64,000 nt of DNA from Tubulanus polymorphus (Eukaryota > Animalia > Nemertea). Position 1 is the stretch's first letter. The number at the start of each line of letters is the position of its first letter. The translations under genes and the position numbers were made by a program. The DNA lies in contig NC_134031.1 in NCBI RefSeq assembly GCF_964204645.1, positions 10,666,088 through 10,730,087 on the forward strand. The letters run 5' to 3'. Positions 39,195-50,975 of the stretch are shown here, one piece after another. A model generated the notes under the pieces. It was not told where the DNA came from and searched no databases. It saw only the letters and a program-made list of their open reading frames with translations.

Positions 39195-39965
39195 TATAAA
39201 TGGTTATATAGCAGCGATAACGGGTTTCTGCCTAACTGGTTCATATATCGCACTTGGAAGCGTCATTCATATAATTCTAATCAGTCCATAACATATGACT
39301 TAAGAAGCGCAACCTGGGTCAACGATATGCTCGATATGTGAATCCAACTACATATAAGGGCTACCACGTAAAAAGTATTGATGTTCCAAAATGGCTAAGT
39401 AACTGAAGATATGGTTCTTTCAAATTCCCCTGGTGGCAGTTGCATGAACTAGTCTGTCTGGTACAAAATGGCAGCGATAGATGAAACAAAAACGGGAAAT
39501 GACGGATCGGCACTTATATCAGTCCGATTACGTGATTTGCGAAAACAAAATGGCGGCTATTTGAATCGCTCATATATGAATCAGATAGCGAGAATTGACG
39601 GGTACCGACCATTGAGAGTCCGAATCCGTGATTTATGGTTGAGTTGACGCTCAAGGTCGTAACTTTAGGCTTTTCGGGGTGCACTTTTATCAATGGATGA
39701 TGTTTCTCTGCATTATTCTTGTCGCTGTTTAGACCCGGTAATTATGCGGGATTAATTCATAATAAATTACTATACGCAAATTCGAAATGGTCAGGCGCTG
39801 AGTTATATTTCTGACAGAATTGAAAATTACGTCTATAAGCTGTTAGAAGTCGAATCTGAGAGGAGTTACATTTTACGAATAATCTTTGGCAGGAAAGTGG
39901 AAAATTTATAATAATAATCAACAGAATTACAAGAGGGTTTCTGTGAAAGCAGCAGAAACCCTAAA
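39195..39965 (-). mobile_element. HINE family D copy 2
   Basis: Terminal hairpin AGGGTTTCTG…CAGAAACCCTAAA; subterminal GGGTTTCTG. Confidence 0.72.
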
Positions 39966-40052
39966 TATTAGGTAATTCACCATTCAATGCCCCCGGTGAC
40001 TTCCTGCAGAAGCAAATGACTCATGTTCAAATGATGGAACAAATGCTCACAT

Positions 40053-41117
40053 AACTAGAAAGACACTTTTTAATAGGACGACAGAGAAATTAAAACTCAA
40101 ACTCAGGGTGAAGATGAGTTAATTTGGTTGGTAAGGCTTACACACTGAAGTGCTTTTTAAGCATGTTTGCAAGTCAGGTCCAAATGAAGTTTCGCTGTAT
40201 TAAACAAAGAGTTGAGATTATACGCAAGATTGCATATGTAATTCACAAATAGCTCAAAACATATAAGACACTTACTTAGATAAATCTCCACAGAATCTAA
40301 CTAGAGATTGAAGGGCGTGTTTCAATGAACCTTGAATGCTATTGTTCGTCTGTGCTGAAAGTGCGGACAGATGCGCGACTAGAACTGCATCTACATAACT
40401 TTCAGATGGTATAATGTCATTGGCAAACGCATTCCGCTAAAATGTAAAGAAATTACATGATTAATAAATTTTCATGGTTATAAACAAAGCAAAAAGTTTG
40501 ACAATCAGTCTTCAATCAGTAGGGCTGAGCAGAAACTGCAAGGCAGGGCAAGGGAGAATCCACGCTTTGTCAATAGGGATCGCCAGCGATTTCCCATGAC
40601 TAGTTACTTTCTGAGGATCACTTAATATGTGAAGTGGTGCCAGTCATCACATCAGGTTAGAATCCAAACAATGCAATAATCAAATTTCTACAGCTCACTT
40701 CATTTTGCCTGTTGACACAGAAAACATGTTATCGCTGTCATAGAATCCTAAAATTAATATCTTACATATATATGAGTGTTTGTCGCCTTCGACAGTGGCT
40801 TAAACATTGTATTCTAACAACAATCAGTTGGGCAATGTAGGGGTAGGGAACATAGCCACTCACCAATACTGTATATGTTGTAAATATCGTGTTTTTTCCA
40901 GCTCAATGAGCGTTGTTCTCGGTACAAAATAAAGAAATTAAATCAAATAAGAAACTAGAGAGATACTTTTTAATAGGACGACGGAGACAAAGAAATTAAA
41001 ACTCGAAATTCAAGGTGAAGCAAGTTAAGTTGGTTGGTAAGGCTTACACACTGAAGTGCTTTTCAAACATGTTTGCAAGTCAGGTCCAAACGAAGTTTGA
41101 CTGTATTAGACAAAGAG
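40053..41117. repeat. ~160-bp direct repeat pair (40053-40211 and 40953-41117) flanking UBR4 exon 2
   Basis: Shared TTGGTTGGTAAGGCTTACACACTGAAGTGCTTTT…GCAAGTCAGGTCCAAA. Confidence 0.85.
40276..40436 (-). CDS. UBR4: UBR4 exon 2 (RNAFANDIIPSESYVDAV…FCGDLS)
   Basis: TAG/GTAAG boundaries; conserved peptide; phase fits neighbours. Confidence 0.93.
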
Positions 41118-41187
41118 CTTATAGTCAACATACAACGCAAGTTTAAGGTATTACAGATATTTAAGGCAAAACAGAGCAGTTGGCAGT

Positions 41188-41330
41188 TGCGGTCTCTTAG
41201 AAGTGGAACCATTGTCCGCGTAAGTTCGTTGTTCTTTTGTCCGGGATAAATTGCCCCTTTATAACCTATCGTCGGAGCGTAAATCATCCTTTAAGGTGGT
41301 ATTAGAGATTTAGAAGACAGGATCGTTACA
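41188..41330 (+). repeat. 5' LTR (5'-truncated)
   Basis: Ends in GTTACA immediately before the PBS; first 96 bp match the 3' LTR. Confidence 0.9.
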
Positions 41331-41331
41331 C

Positions 41332-41351
41332 TGGTGGCAGCGTTAATGGGA
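41332..41351 (+). promoter_or_regulatory. Primer-binding site, tRNA-Leu type
   Basis: TGGTGGCAGCG…TGGGAT is complementary to the 3' end of eukaryotic tRNA-Leu (…AUCCCACCGCUGCCACCA); lies 1 nt after the LTR end. Confidence 0.8.
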
Positions 41352-41620
41352 TTAGAGAGCCTTACAGCCGTATTATTGAGTTGAATCGCTACCCTTTGTT
41401 TTTCGTGAGTAGTCTGTCTGACCTACTTCCTTACGACTGCGGTATCGCGGATACTCTTCAGTAGTTAAACCGATGCTGTATGCTTGCTTCAATATAGCGG
41501 GAATAATTTCAGACACTAACTTCAGTTTTGCACATAGGTTGATAGGTTCATAAAAAAACTTTTAGAATTTATCTTTAAATCAGTTTTTGTTCGGTATATA
41601 CAATATATTCACAATTAGGA

Positions 41621-42610
41621 ATGTCTCATTCTGACCAAGATGCAGACCAACAGGGTGCGGCCCAGGAAGGGGTCCATCCAACTGCAGGTTTGGATGACTT
41701 TTTAAGCTCAATCACCCAATATGTCTCGCGTAGCATAAAAAGGGAATCCGAATCTCCATCAGGGTCCAGGGAGGATGCCTGGGTAAAAGTCCTGTGCCCC
41801 AAAATGTACAGTATGGGGCATAATTTTCTCGTCTTGTTAGAGCGTTCTGAGAGCTACTGCACATTGTCCGGTGTATGTAGTAGTGGGCTTAAGATACAAC
41901 ATTTACTAACGTACCTGGACCACGAGTCATACCAGGCGGTTAAAAACCTCCGTCTTGCCCCATCCCTGGATTATAATAGTTTCGTTGAGGGGATAAAGGA
42001 TCGTATGTCATTGACACGGTCAGCTTCCGATTTCAAAATGATGTTGAAATCTCGAGAGCAGAAACCTCAAGAAAACATCGGGCACTATGCGGATGCATTG
42101 ACAGAACTCGCACAGAGCCCGTACCCAGGGGTGGATCACAGTTTGCAGGATGAGTTGGCACGTGACCAATTCTTGGCAGGTGTGGCGGTACCCTCGAGTG
42201 TAAGGGAGCAGTTGTACGTGGCTCAGCCACAGTCTCTATCGGAGGCTGTGTCATTGGCTCGAGGTCATGAGACTGCGCGGCGCCTGAGAGACACGAGTCC
42301 AGACCCCCTCGTCGACATGTAAATGAGGTGAAGGCCTGTCAGACGGATGAGTTACTTTCGGAACTCGTGGGCCTCATCAAGGGTTTGAATGTCAAGTTGG
42401 ACGGCCAGGGTTAACTCACAGACTCAGGCCAACTCCCAGGGGACACACATGCTGGCGGTGTCGAGAACCGGATCATACAGCGGATACATGTCCGCAGGTT
42501 ACATGTCATACATGTTCTGGTAGAGGTCACTATGCCAGGAACTGCCCCGGGAAACAGGGAAACGATTACAGGCGGTCCTCCAGGGCGCAAGGGAATCGCC
42601 GCCAATAGAG
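41621..42610 (+). pseudogene. gag: Gypsy gag (frameshifted near 42310) with CCHC zinc knuckle
   Basis: ORF 41621-42322 with RxQ…E…Y…L and RDQFLAG motifs; CHTCSGRGHYARNC knuckle at about 42504-42545 in a shifted frame. Confidence 0.88.
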
Positions 42611-42625
42611 AGACCCTCCACATAT

Positions 42626-45600
42626 ATGATGGAGAAATATCTGCCTCCACACCGTAGAATCCGGAAATATGTTCCTTCATCCGTGCATGATAGAGCCCAA
42701 ATAGTAAATAGTTCAAAAATTGTAAATAGTTCATTAGACCCTTGCGTAAGGGAAATTGTTGGGAACGAAATTCTTGGTGGAACCGATACGACAGGTCGTA
42801 CATATCTGGAAAAGCAGGCAACTCCAAATGTTTTAACTCCTTACCCAGATACCTCACTATCGGTCGGTCAACCGGATGATGGAATTTTGGATGGTCTTCC
42901 TCCGTGCCCAGATAACTCTCTGTTGATAAAGTCACACAAAGATACGGTCTTAACCACAATAACAACTGACCAGCCAGATGTGTCAATAGGTTCGAGCTGC
43001 CCCGTGGCTGAGAGAATGATCTGTCGTGTCGATTTGAGAGACACTGGGCTTTACTGCTCTGGTGTCCTTAATGGTTCAACACGTACTTCTCTCTTAGACA
43101 CCAGTGCCTCTGTGACTTTGTTGAAAACCTCTGTCTGGGAGAAGAGTCGTAGGACCGATCAGGGAAATCTGCTGCCAGTCGACTTCGAATTAGCCACTGC
43201 CTCGGGTGCGAAAATGAAGGTTCATGGGGTGGCCAAGGTAGAGCTCCAGTTGGGAACCTGTAGATTCATGGACCACATGGTAATAGCCGATGACTTGGCT
43301 CAGGAGTGCCTGCTAGGTAGTGACTTCGTTGAACAGAATGGTTGCATTATTGATTACCCTGGTAGAGTTCTTGAGTGTGGCCTTACCCATGTACAATTGG
43401 AGACCAAGGTTGCACGACCTAGTTGCTGTCGTTTGTTCCTGACCGAGACTTGTAATATTCCGGGAGGCCATGAAGTCATGGCCACTGCGTATTTCAAGCA
43501 GAGATATAGAGTAAATAACAATTTTGTTGGTATGGTTGGTCGAGGGAATCGTACTCCATGCCTGGCTGGCAAATCTCTGGTATGTCCCCGGGATGGGAAA
43601 ATAACAGACCGCCTGGCGAATTTTTCAGATGACACCCTTAGGATTCGTCGAGGGGAGTTTGTGGGTATCTTCTCGCCTATCGAATCAGTCGATGTACTCA
43701 CTGTGCAAGACACTTCTGATATGTCGGAGACAGAGCTGCCTCAGCCCCAGCAGGATCCCACTGATTTAAAGGGTCTTTACGACGAACTAAACGTCGATAG
43801 TCTCGAAATTTCAGAGGGTGATCGGGAGGATTTGAAGAGGGTCCTAGTGCAGCATCAGGGTGCATTTCCTCGGGGGGGGGGGGGGGGGGGGGATTTTGAT
43901 ATTGGGTAGACACCCCTCATTGAGTTTGAAATCGATACAGGGGAGCAGAAGCCGATTAAGCAGCGTCAACGACGTCTGCCGCCCCATTACAAGCAATTTG
44001 TTGAAGGGTACACCGCAGAACTGTGTGACCGAGGACTTATAAGGCCATCCCAGTCGCCATGGGCTAGCCCAATCGTCCTAGCCAAGAAAAGTGATGGCAG
44101 TTTGCTTCTGTGCTGTGACTACCGGAAATTAAATGACGTCACCACTTAAGACAGTCACCCGTTGGGGCGAATAGAATCTACCCTCGAGGCACTTTCGGGA
44201 TCGTAATGGTTCTCGTCTCTGGATCTAACCAGTGGCTACTGGCAAGTGCCGATCCAAGAATGTGACAAACCAAAAACAGCTTTCTGTTCTGAGAACCGTT
44301 TGTGGGAATGGAATGTTATGCCATTCGGTCTCACAAATGCTCCGGCCTGTTTCACACGGCTCATGTCTTTGGCTCTCGACAAGGTGTCATGGAAAACAGC
44401 CTTGATCTACCTCGATGACATCATAGTACACTCTGCGGATGTGGTGTCCCACATTTCCAAGCTGTCCGAGGTATTCGGTCGTTTCGAAGCAGCAAATATG
44501 AAATTGAAGCCAAGAAAATGTCACCTCCTCCAAAAGCGGTTAAAATTCTTTAACATGTCGTGAGCAGGAACGGAAATGAAACTGACCGGGCAAAAATTGA
44601 CAAAGTCCTAGGTTGGCCAGCCCCTACCAATGTATCAGAAGTACGAAGTTTCACTGGCCTCGTCACTTACCATTCTAGATTTATCAAGGGATATGCCGAA
44701 ATGTGTAAACACCTCCACCTGCTCACAAAGAAGGGTCAGCCTTTCGAATGGGGTATCAGTCAGCATAGAGCATTCGAAGAAATTAAATCTGCGTTGACAA
44801 GCCCTCCGGTACTGGCTTTCCCTGACTTTTCGGAGGGATCGGGGAAATTCATAGTTGATTGTGATGCTAGTAACTGGGCTATAGGTTCAGTTCTTTCACA
44901 GTTGCAAGACGATCACACAGAACGAGTAATAGCGTATGGGGGTCGAGTTTTGAGAAGCGGGGAGAACTATTGCGCCACGAGGCGAGAAATGCTTGCACTA
45001 GTCGAATCAATTGATTATTTCCGCCACTACTTATTGGGTGGTAAGTTCCTTTTCCGGACCGACGACGCAGCCCTAAAAAGGCTTCGGTCATCCAATATTC
45101 AATCAGGCCAAGTCGCCCGCTGGAATGAAAGGCTGGCGTACTACGACTTCGACATCGAGCACAGGCCCAAGCGCAATCACCAAAACGCCGATTCACTCTT
45201 GCGGATTCCCAAGAGGGTCAAGCGTCATGGGGATTGCCCTAGTTACGGCGTCACCGGAACTCCAACAGTGTCGTTCGTGCAAACGATTGGTATGGGGGAT
45301 GTCCTAAATCAGGTCGAGATTGGTGATGCTCAGGATACAGATGATGACATAAGAGTAGTCAAGGAATTAGTCCGAGGGTTTGCAAAAGCCAAACACTGAT
45401 TCCCTGCGTCCGTATGGTTCGAACGCGAGGATTCTTTAGGGCGAATTTGAACGCTTGGCTGTGGTAGAGAACCTGCTCGTTCTGAAACCACTGCCTGGTG
45501 CCAGATTAGGCAAAAACTGGGTAGTTCTGCCAAATGTGCTATAACCTAATGTCCTATCTCACCTCCATAATGGTATATCCGGTAGGCACTTAGGGACCAC

Positions 45601-46500
45601 TAAGACAGAACGTAAAGTCCGCCAATGGTTTTGGTGTTTTGGACTGGCGAAGGCAGTCAATAGCTTTGTCAAGCAGTGCCGTAAATGTCAGCAATGCAAA
45701 CACCCTCCTAAACGTCCTAAAGCGCCACTGGTACCAACGCCAATCGGTAGGAGAGGACAAAGGCTGCATATCGACATTGTTGGCCCACTGCAACGAACAA
45801 AACGTGGGAACTTTTATATCATTGCGGTGCAGGACGCTTTCACCAAGTGGGTTGAGGCCTGGCCGGCGAGAAACCAGAAAGCACCAACAGTTGCCAGGAA
45901 GGTCGTGAACGAGTGGAGCACACGCTACGGATGCCCCGAAAGTATTCATTCGGACTGTGGATCCAATTTTGAATCTCGACTCTTCAGTGAGATGTTGAGC
46001 CTGCTCGAGATTGAAAAGACCAGAACGAGTCTCCAGAACAAGTCTATAAAATCAATGTTGACCACGACGGTGAATGACATGGGGAATGACTGGGACGAGA
46101 ATCTTCAGTCCTGTTTGATGGCTTTTCGTTCCAGAGTGCAGGAATCAACATTTTTCATGACATTCGGCAGTGAGATGACCTTACCACTGGACGTTTTAGT
46201 TAGCCCTCCTGAAGAACCTGTCCACCTGACCAAGTTTAGCCAGGACATGTGTAGAAACCTGACTGAAGCTCATCAGAGAGTCCGTGACCGCCTTGGAAAA
46301 GCCGAATCCAGAAATGAATTTGGAAAGCTCGGGATCCGAGGAGGAGTTAATTCCTGATCAGGTGGGGACTGACAATGAGCCTGTTCCGCAAGCAGCGGAC
46401 ATCGACCAAGTCGAAGTTCCAGCGATGCCTGCTGAGGTTTTCCAGGACAATCGCAGACAGCTTCGGCCTCAGAATGTTTTAAGACCACCAGAAAGATACC
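42626..46500 (+). pseudogene. pol: Gypsy pol (protease, RT, RNase H, integrase) with stops, frameshifts and deletions
   Basis: LLDTSAS protease; WASPIVL, MPFGLTNAP and YLDD (44408) in RT; DCDAS and TDDAAL in RNase H; H…HLG…CRKC, HIDIVGP and SDCGSNFES in integrase; RPPERY C-terminal tail. Confidence 0.95.
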
Positions 46501-46703
46501 GCCAGTCCGCCAGGTCATGTGTCAGTTCATCGAAAGCATGCACCTGCTGTCAGCAGCGCTGGTCTAGGATAATGGACAAGGCAAAATGGCTAGAGAAAGG
46601 GAGATTATTGCGGGAGTGAGAGCACCTTCATGGTTAAATCTCTTAGAACGCATAACTTTAAAAATGTTTTGTCTCTACTTTCTTTTAAGGAACAGACTGA
46701 AAT

Positions 46704-47538
46704 ATGGAAACTTTTAGACTGGACGCCTTTGACTCCGAGACTAAGCGTTTGAAGGGTCAGCTCATCAAGGACGTGATAAAGCTGTACTCACGGGCTCAGG
46801 AGCCCCTATATGAATTGAATGCGGGTGAGTTGGAGCAGTCATGTGTTGAACACCTTTACGACCCTTAAATGGTTGTGGTGGGTGTGGTGATTCAGGGAAT
46901 TAAGGAAGCGGTCGCTTCATCAAAGAAATCGCCCAACCACCTCTCAACTAGCCCGTTTAAGATTCTGAAAAGGACCTTATCCAGGTTTGTTGAGCTGTAC
47001 GGTGGAATGGGCAGCGTCGTTGAACCGAAATTTTCGGTATTGGGCAGTGCAGCGAAGGTCGGAGAGCTGAGGAGTCTTTTTACTTCTCAGTGACTCCATG
47101 TTCAAAGATTCCCGATCCACAAGCAAACTGTTCATCATTGTTCACCCTGGGGAGCGTCTGGAGCAGCTGGAGAAAGGGGTTAAAACAACACGAGTCACCT
47201 GTTGTGCGGTTATTGTTAACCGCGGTATCAATCACGTCCGTAACTATGGCCAGACAACAGAGAGTATTTACTCGCTGTACGATGTTCTGGCCAGGAGATC
47301 CCCGTACCTTCCTCTGTTCCATCTTTGGTTGCCCAAAGCTCCTGTTATGAGGGGAAAACGAGAAACGGTGGTCCCCATAGACCGAATCAACACGCACTGG
47401 AAGAAAGCGGGATTTCTGACCATAGACCACCCTGACCTGGAGGATGCGGACTTCAAGGGAATCCACTACCGTCGTTCGGCTATGGAGATCGTCACCTGGC
47501 ATATCGTCACTGTAGTTAAGGGTCACTTGGGGATATGA
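46704..47538 (+). pseudogene. Gypsy extra ORF3 with C-terminal SGNH-hydrolase/esterase-like domain (1 in-frame stop, 1 frameshift)
   Basis: ATG 46704 is in frame with ORF 46869 across one TAA. The shifted frame reads FLLLSDSMFK…HPGE…VIVNRGINHV…DFKGIHY, matching SGNH blocks I, II, III and V in order. Confidence 0.62.
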
Positions 47539-48044
47539 TATGGTAGTAGGGTGGGCACCGTGCAGCGGTTAAATCACCATACTCTCCTTTCATTACCCAT
47601 AACTGGTTGCCCAGCTGACATGTTTTACCTCGAATTTTGGTACTGCCGTTGTTTTTGATTTTGATTTTTAGCTTACCTTGTTGATACGGAATCAGACTCA
47701 TGTTGGAACCGTCTGCAGGAGGCCCAACCGACCTAATGAACCTTCTGTTATTTCAGCACGTAGGAACCTGCTGTTCACCGACCTAGGCAAGTGTGTTGAT
47801 AATTGGGCGAGTACCTTCAAACGGTTTAATTGCCTCTAATCTACCCCCAGTGGAACATAAGCGTATCAGTGGGTTGCGTTGGATGAATGGATTTATTGTG
47901 AATTACGAACTGTAAATACCGAATGTGTGTTGGCGTAACCCGTAGTTTATGACATTTTTGTAACGGACACTGAATATCGACATGATATATGAACTGTAAA
48001 TACTGGACGTATGTGCAGTCGAAAGCTACGCTTACGACACTTTT

Positions 48045-48056
48045 AGGGGGGAGTGG
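48045..48056 (+). promoter_or_regulatory. Polypurine tract
   Basis: AGGGGGGAGTGG directly before the TGTAAC start of the 3' LTR. Confidence 0.8.
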
Positions 48057-48237
48057 TGTAACGGGTCTCGTACCCGTTATAATGTATATAGTTTACTGTC
48101 GGTAATTAGTGTAATGTTTAGTGTAATATATCACCGCTAGGTGCGGTCTCTTAGAAGTGGAACCATTGTCCGAGTAAGTTCGTTGTTCTTTTGTTCGGGA
48201 TAAATTGCCCCTTTATAGCCTATCGTCGGAGCGTAAA
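48057..48237 (+). repeat. 3' LTR (3'-truncated)
   Basis: Starts TGTAAC after the PPT; lacks the last ~47 bp seen in the 5' LTR. Confidence 0.9.
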
Positions 48238-49253
48238 ATATATATATAAAATATAGATTTCGTTGATGTTTCAATTATGTTCTAACAGTTCCGTTTCTTT
48301 AATTCAATAGTTTTAAAAAATTAAACATTTATGAGTCAATATGTAGTAAATTTCCACTTGTCACGATGTTTGATCTTCGGATGTATCCAGCCATCGGAAT
48401 CAACACTTCCAAAATACAGGTACAACGAATACTTGGGATGGGCTTTTAGAGAGTAATTTGTACAGGAACAGATGGCAAAATTATTAGATGCTCCCTTACT
48501 AACTACTTACCATGACCACCGGATACTGTCTGCTCTTGGCACAATCGCCAAGAACCCATGAAATAGGTCAAGACCTTTTTGACAAATCAAGCGTAGGTTA
48601 TCCGACTAGATCAGATTTGACTTGATGGCAGTCTACTGTATATGCATTATGATCAAAAATTAGGGGTCCAAGGACACCATGCCCACTTGGGAAGTGGTTT
48701 CAAATGCTCACTAATCCAACAATTTCAATATTAAACACCACCTGGTGACCATATACAAAACCAATTACCTTGAAACTCACCACAATCATAGAATACGTCA
48801 GCAGCTACGATTTTGTAATTGATTGTGATAACTAAATATGCCTCGTTACCAATTCAATATGGAAATACTAATTAATTCTACCATTCAACGCCCCCTGATG
48901 ACCTTATTACAAAACTCAATGACCTTGAAACTCACAACAATCATTGAACATGTCATGAACTGCAACTTTGCAATTGATTATGGTAACAAAATATGCATAG
49001 GTAAAAATATAATATAAAAATACTTAGTTATTGTATTACTCAATGCCTCCTGGTGGCCATATACAAACAACAATGACCTTGAAACTCACCGAAATCATAG
49101 AACACGTTATGAGCTACAACTTTCCAATTGATTGTGGTAACACAATATGCTTAGGTATCAATATAATGTGGTAAAACTTTTTCCCACCTACGAATGAGTA
49201 CTGATTACACCAAGATGGCCATCAATTGCGCCATAATTGGTCGAACAAAAATA

Positions 49254-49680
49254 AAGGGTTTCCAGTGGTAAGGCCAGGATAAAAAGAAGTATTAAGAAGG
49301 ACTTCTTCGGCAATTTTAGACCCAAAAGAGGGACATTTTGACTCGGAAAGAGGTACTTTCCAGTAAAATTAGGGCCCATAATGGAGCATTTTGACAATAC
49401 CTTTGCCGACATACTAGTCGTGTAGACCAGTCATACATTTCAGGGTAATTCCATGACACTTTCCTGCATATTCAATTTTATGGCAACTGAATTACCAGGT
49501 CTGAGTAAAAAAATTCAACAGTCGAATTCGCGACAAATTTATGTGCGACAATACATAAAAATCTAATTTGGAAGGACTTTTTTATCGAAACGAAGGACTC
49601 AGTGTCAAAAAGAAGGACAAAGATGATGTTTGTCCAAACTTTTCCAAAAGAAGGACTTGGAAGGACCGCTGGAAACCCTG
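49254..49680. mobile_element. MITE with hAT-like TIRs, nested in family A
   Basis: AGGGTTTCCAGTGGT … ACCGCTGGAAACCCTG inverted termini; 8-bp TSD not evident. Confidence 0.65.
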
Positions 49681-49966
49681 ATATAAAATATAACTGGAAA
49701 TACCTGTTTCAGGTCTATAACATCCCTTTCCAAAGAATACCCATCACAAATTGCAATGAGAAATGGCAATCCAGTGGGACGCTACAGGACTCAGAATTCG
49801 GGCCAAAATTGACATGTTTGGGCACTAAAATGGTCATAGGACAGCCATCTAGAGTCCGATCAACCTAATTTTTCTTATGCTGATGGGCCATTGGGAGATT
49901 CAAATATATGCAAAAGATCAAGGTAATTGATTAAAGCGTCTTCAAAATTTCCCTCAAAAAGTTCAA

Positions 49967-50975
49967 TAAAGGTCCAATGGCCCTGTGGCTCACGATTAAA
50001 TCATTGAGTGCATATATTGTCAAAAAATTATACTAAATATAAATTAAAATTTGGATTGAAGATGTATGAGGCTGACAATATGCGCCTGCAGATGTATGAG
50101 AGTGCTGTGTATACTATCATTGCCGAGTCACTGTGTTATATATAGACTCGCTCAGGTGATTACTAACACACACAGCCATATACTGTAACCTATATTCGCA
50201 CACACGCGGCTGACAGCTGACGCGCGTATATACAAATGTACTAGCGACGCAATATTAGATTGACCGCAATTTCACAAGTCAGAATACACCCATCCACAAA
50301 ATGTCAAAAAAATACAAACATATACAGATTTTTTTTCTAGAAATCAAAACAAATACTGGCTATGAGATTTTTCTTAAATATACAAATAAATACCGACTTG
50401 GAAGACCCACAACGAACCCTGCCATTGGTATAGTCATACTTGCTAGTTCAGATACTGAATCAAATGGCCTACTTGCTTATATTCGTGACAACGAACAAAT
50501 TATAAGTCAACGTACGATACCCAGTCAAATAAAATGCTCGCCATTTTGTTTTGGGTTTCACATCAGGCTTTCCCAATGGGCTTCCCCAATTACATCAGAA
50601 ACGCCGAAATTCCTGGAATTTCCCATATATCCCACAAACAGCCAATCATATTCATTGTAGCTCAGGTTACAAGGTCAACTCAAATAAATAGAAGTGAGGA
50701 AATTTAGGGGGTTTATAAAGTGAGGGCCTGTAGGTCGAAAAGTTCATTGAGATCAGTCGAACTAAAAACGGTGACGCTTCCAGGAAGGATTGAACTTTTA
50801 TATATATTAAAATTCCAAGCATGCAAATTGTCATATGTAAAAACGTGCCATTACTTGGTGGTAAAAAGCAGGGTTTTTGCGTGTTCTTCAAGAATAAGTC
50901 CCCTAAAAATAACTCGATCACTATGAAATTTTTGTAGGCTCGAGACCGTTTGCATAGGCAAACCTATGCTTCGCC
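49967..50975 (-). mobile_element. HINE-like family H nested in family A; another H end at 30735-30912
   Basis: Splits GTTCAA|AAATGTGTAAAA of family A; hairpin GTTTGCATAGGCAAAC shared with about 30880-30900. Confidence 0.65.

Larger units (their letters stand above)
41188..48237 (+). mobile_element. Ty3/Gypsy LTR retrotransposon, decayed, in a UBR4 intron (antisense to host)
   Basis: gag-PR-RT-RH-IN order; 96-bp LTR segment shared at 41188-41283 and 48142-48237 with 3 mismatches; TGTAAC…GTTACA LTR termini; PBS and PPT present. Confidence 0.96.

Noticed and set aside
46704-47538. Conventional retroviral env
   Set aside because: No evident signal peptide, fusion peptide or transmembrane anchor; the motifs fit an SGNH fold instead.
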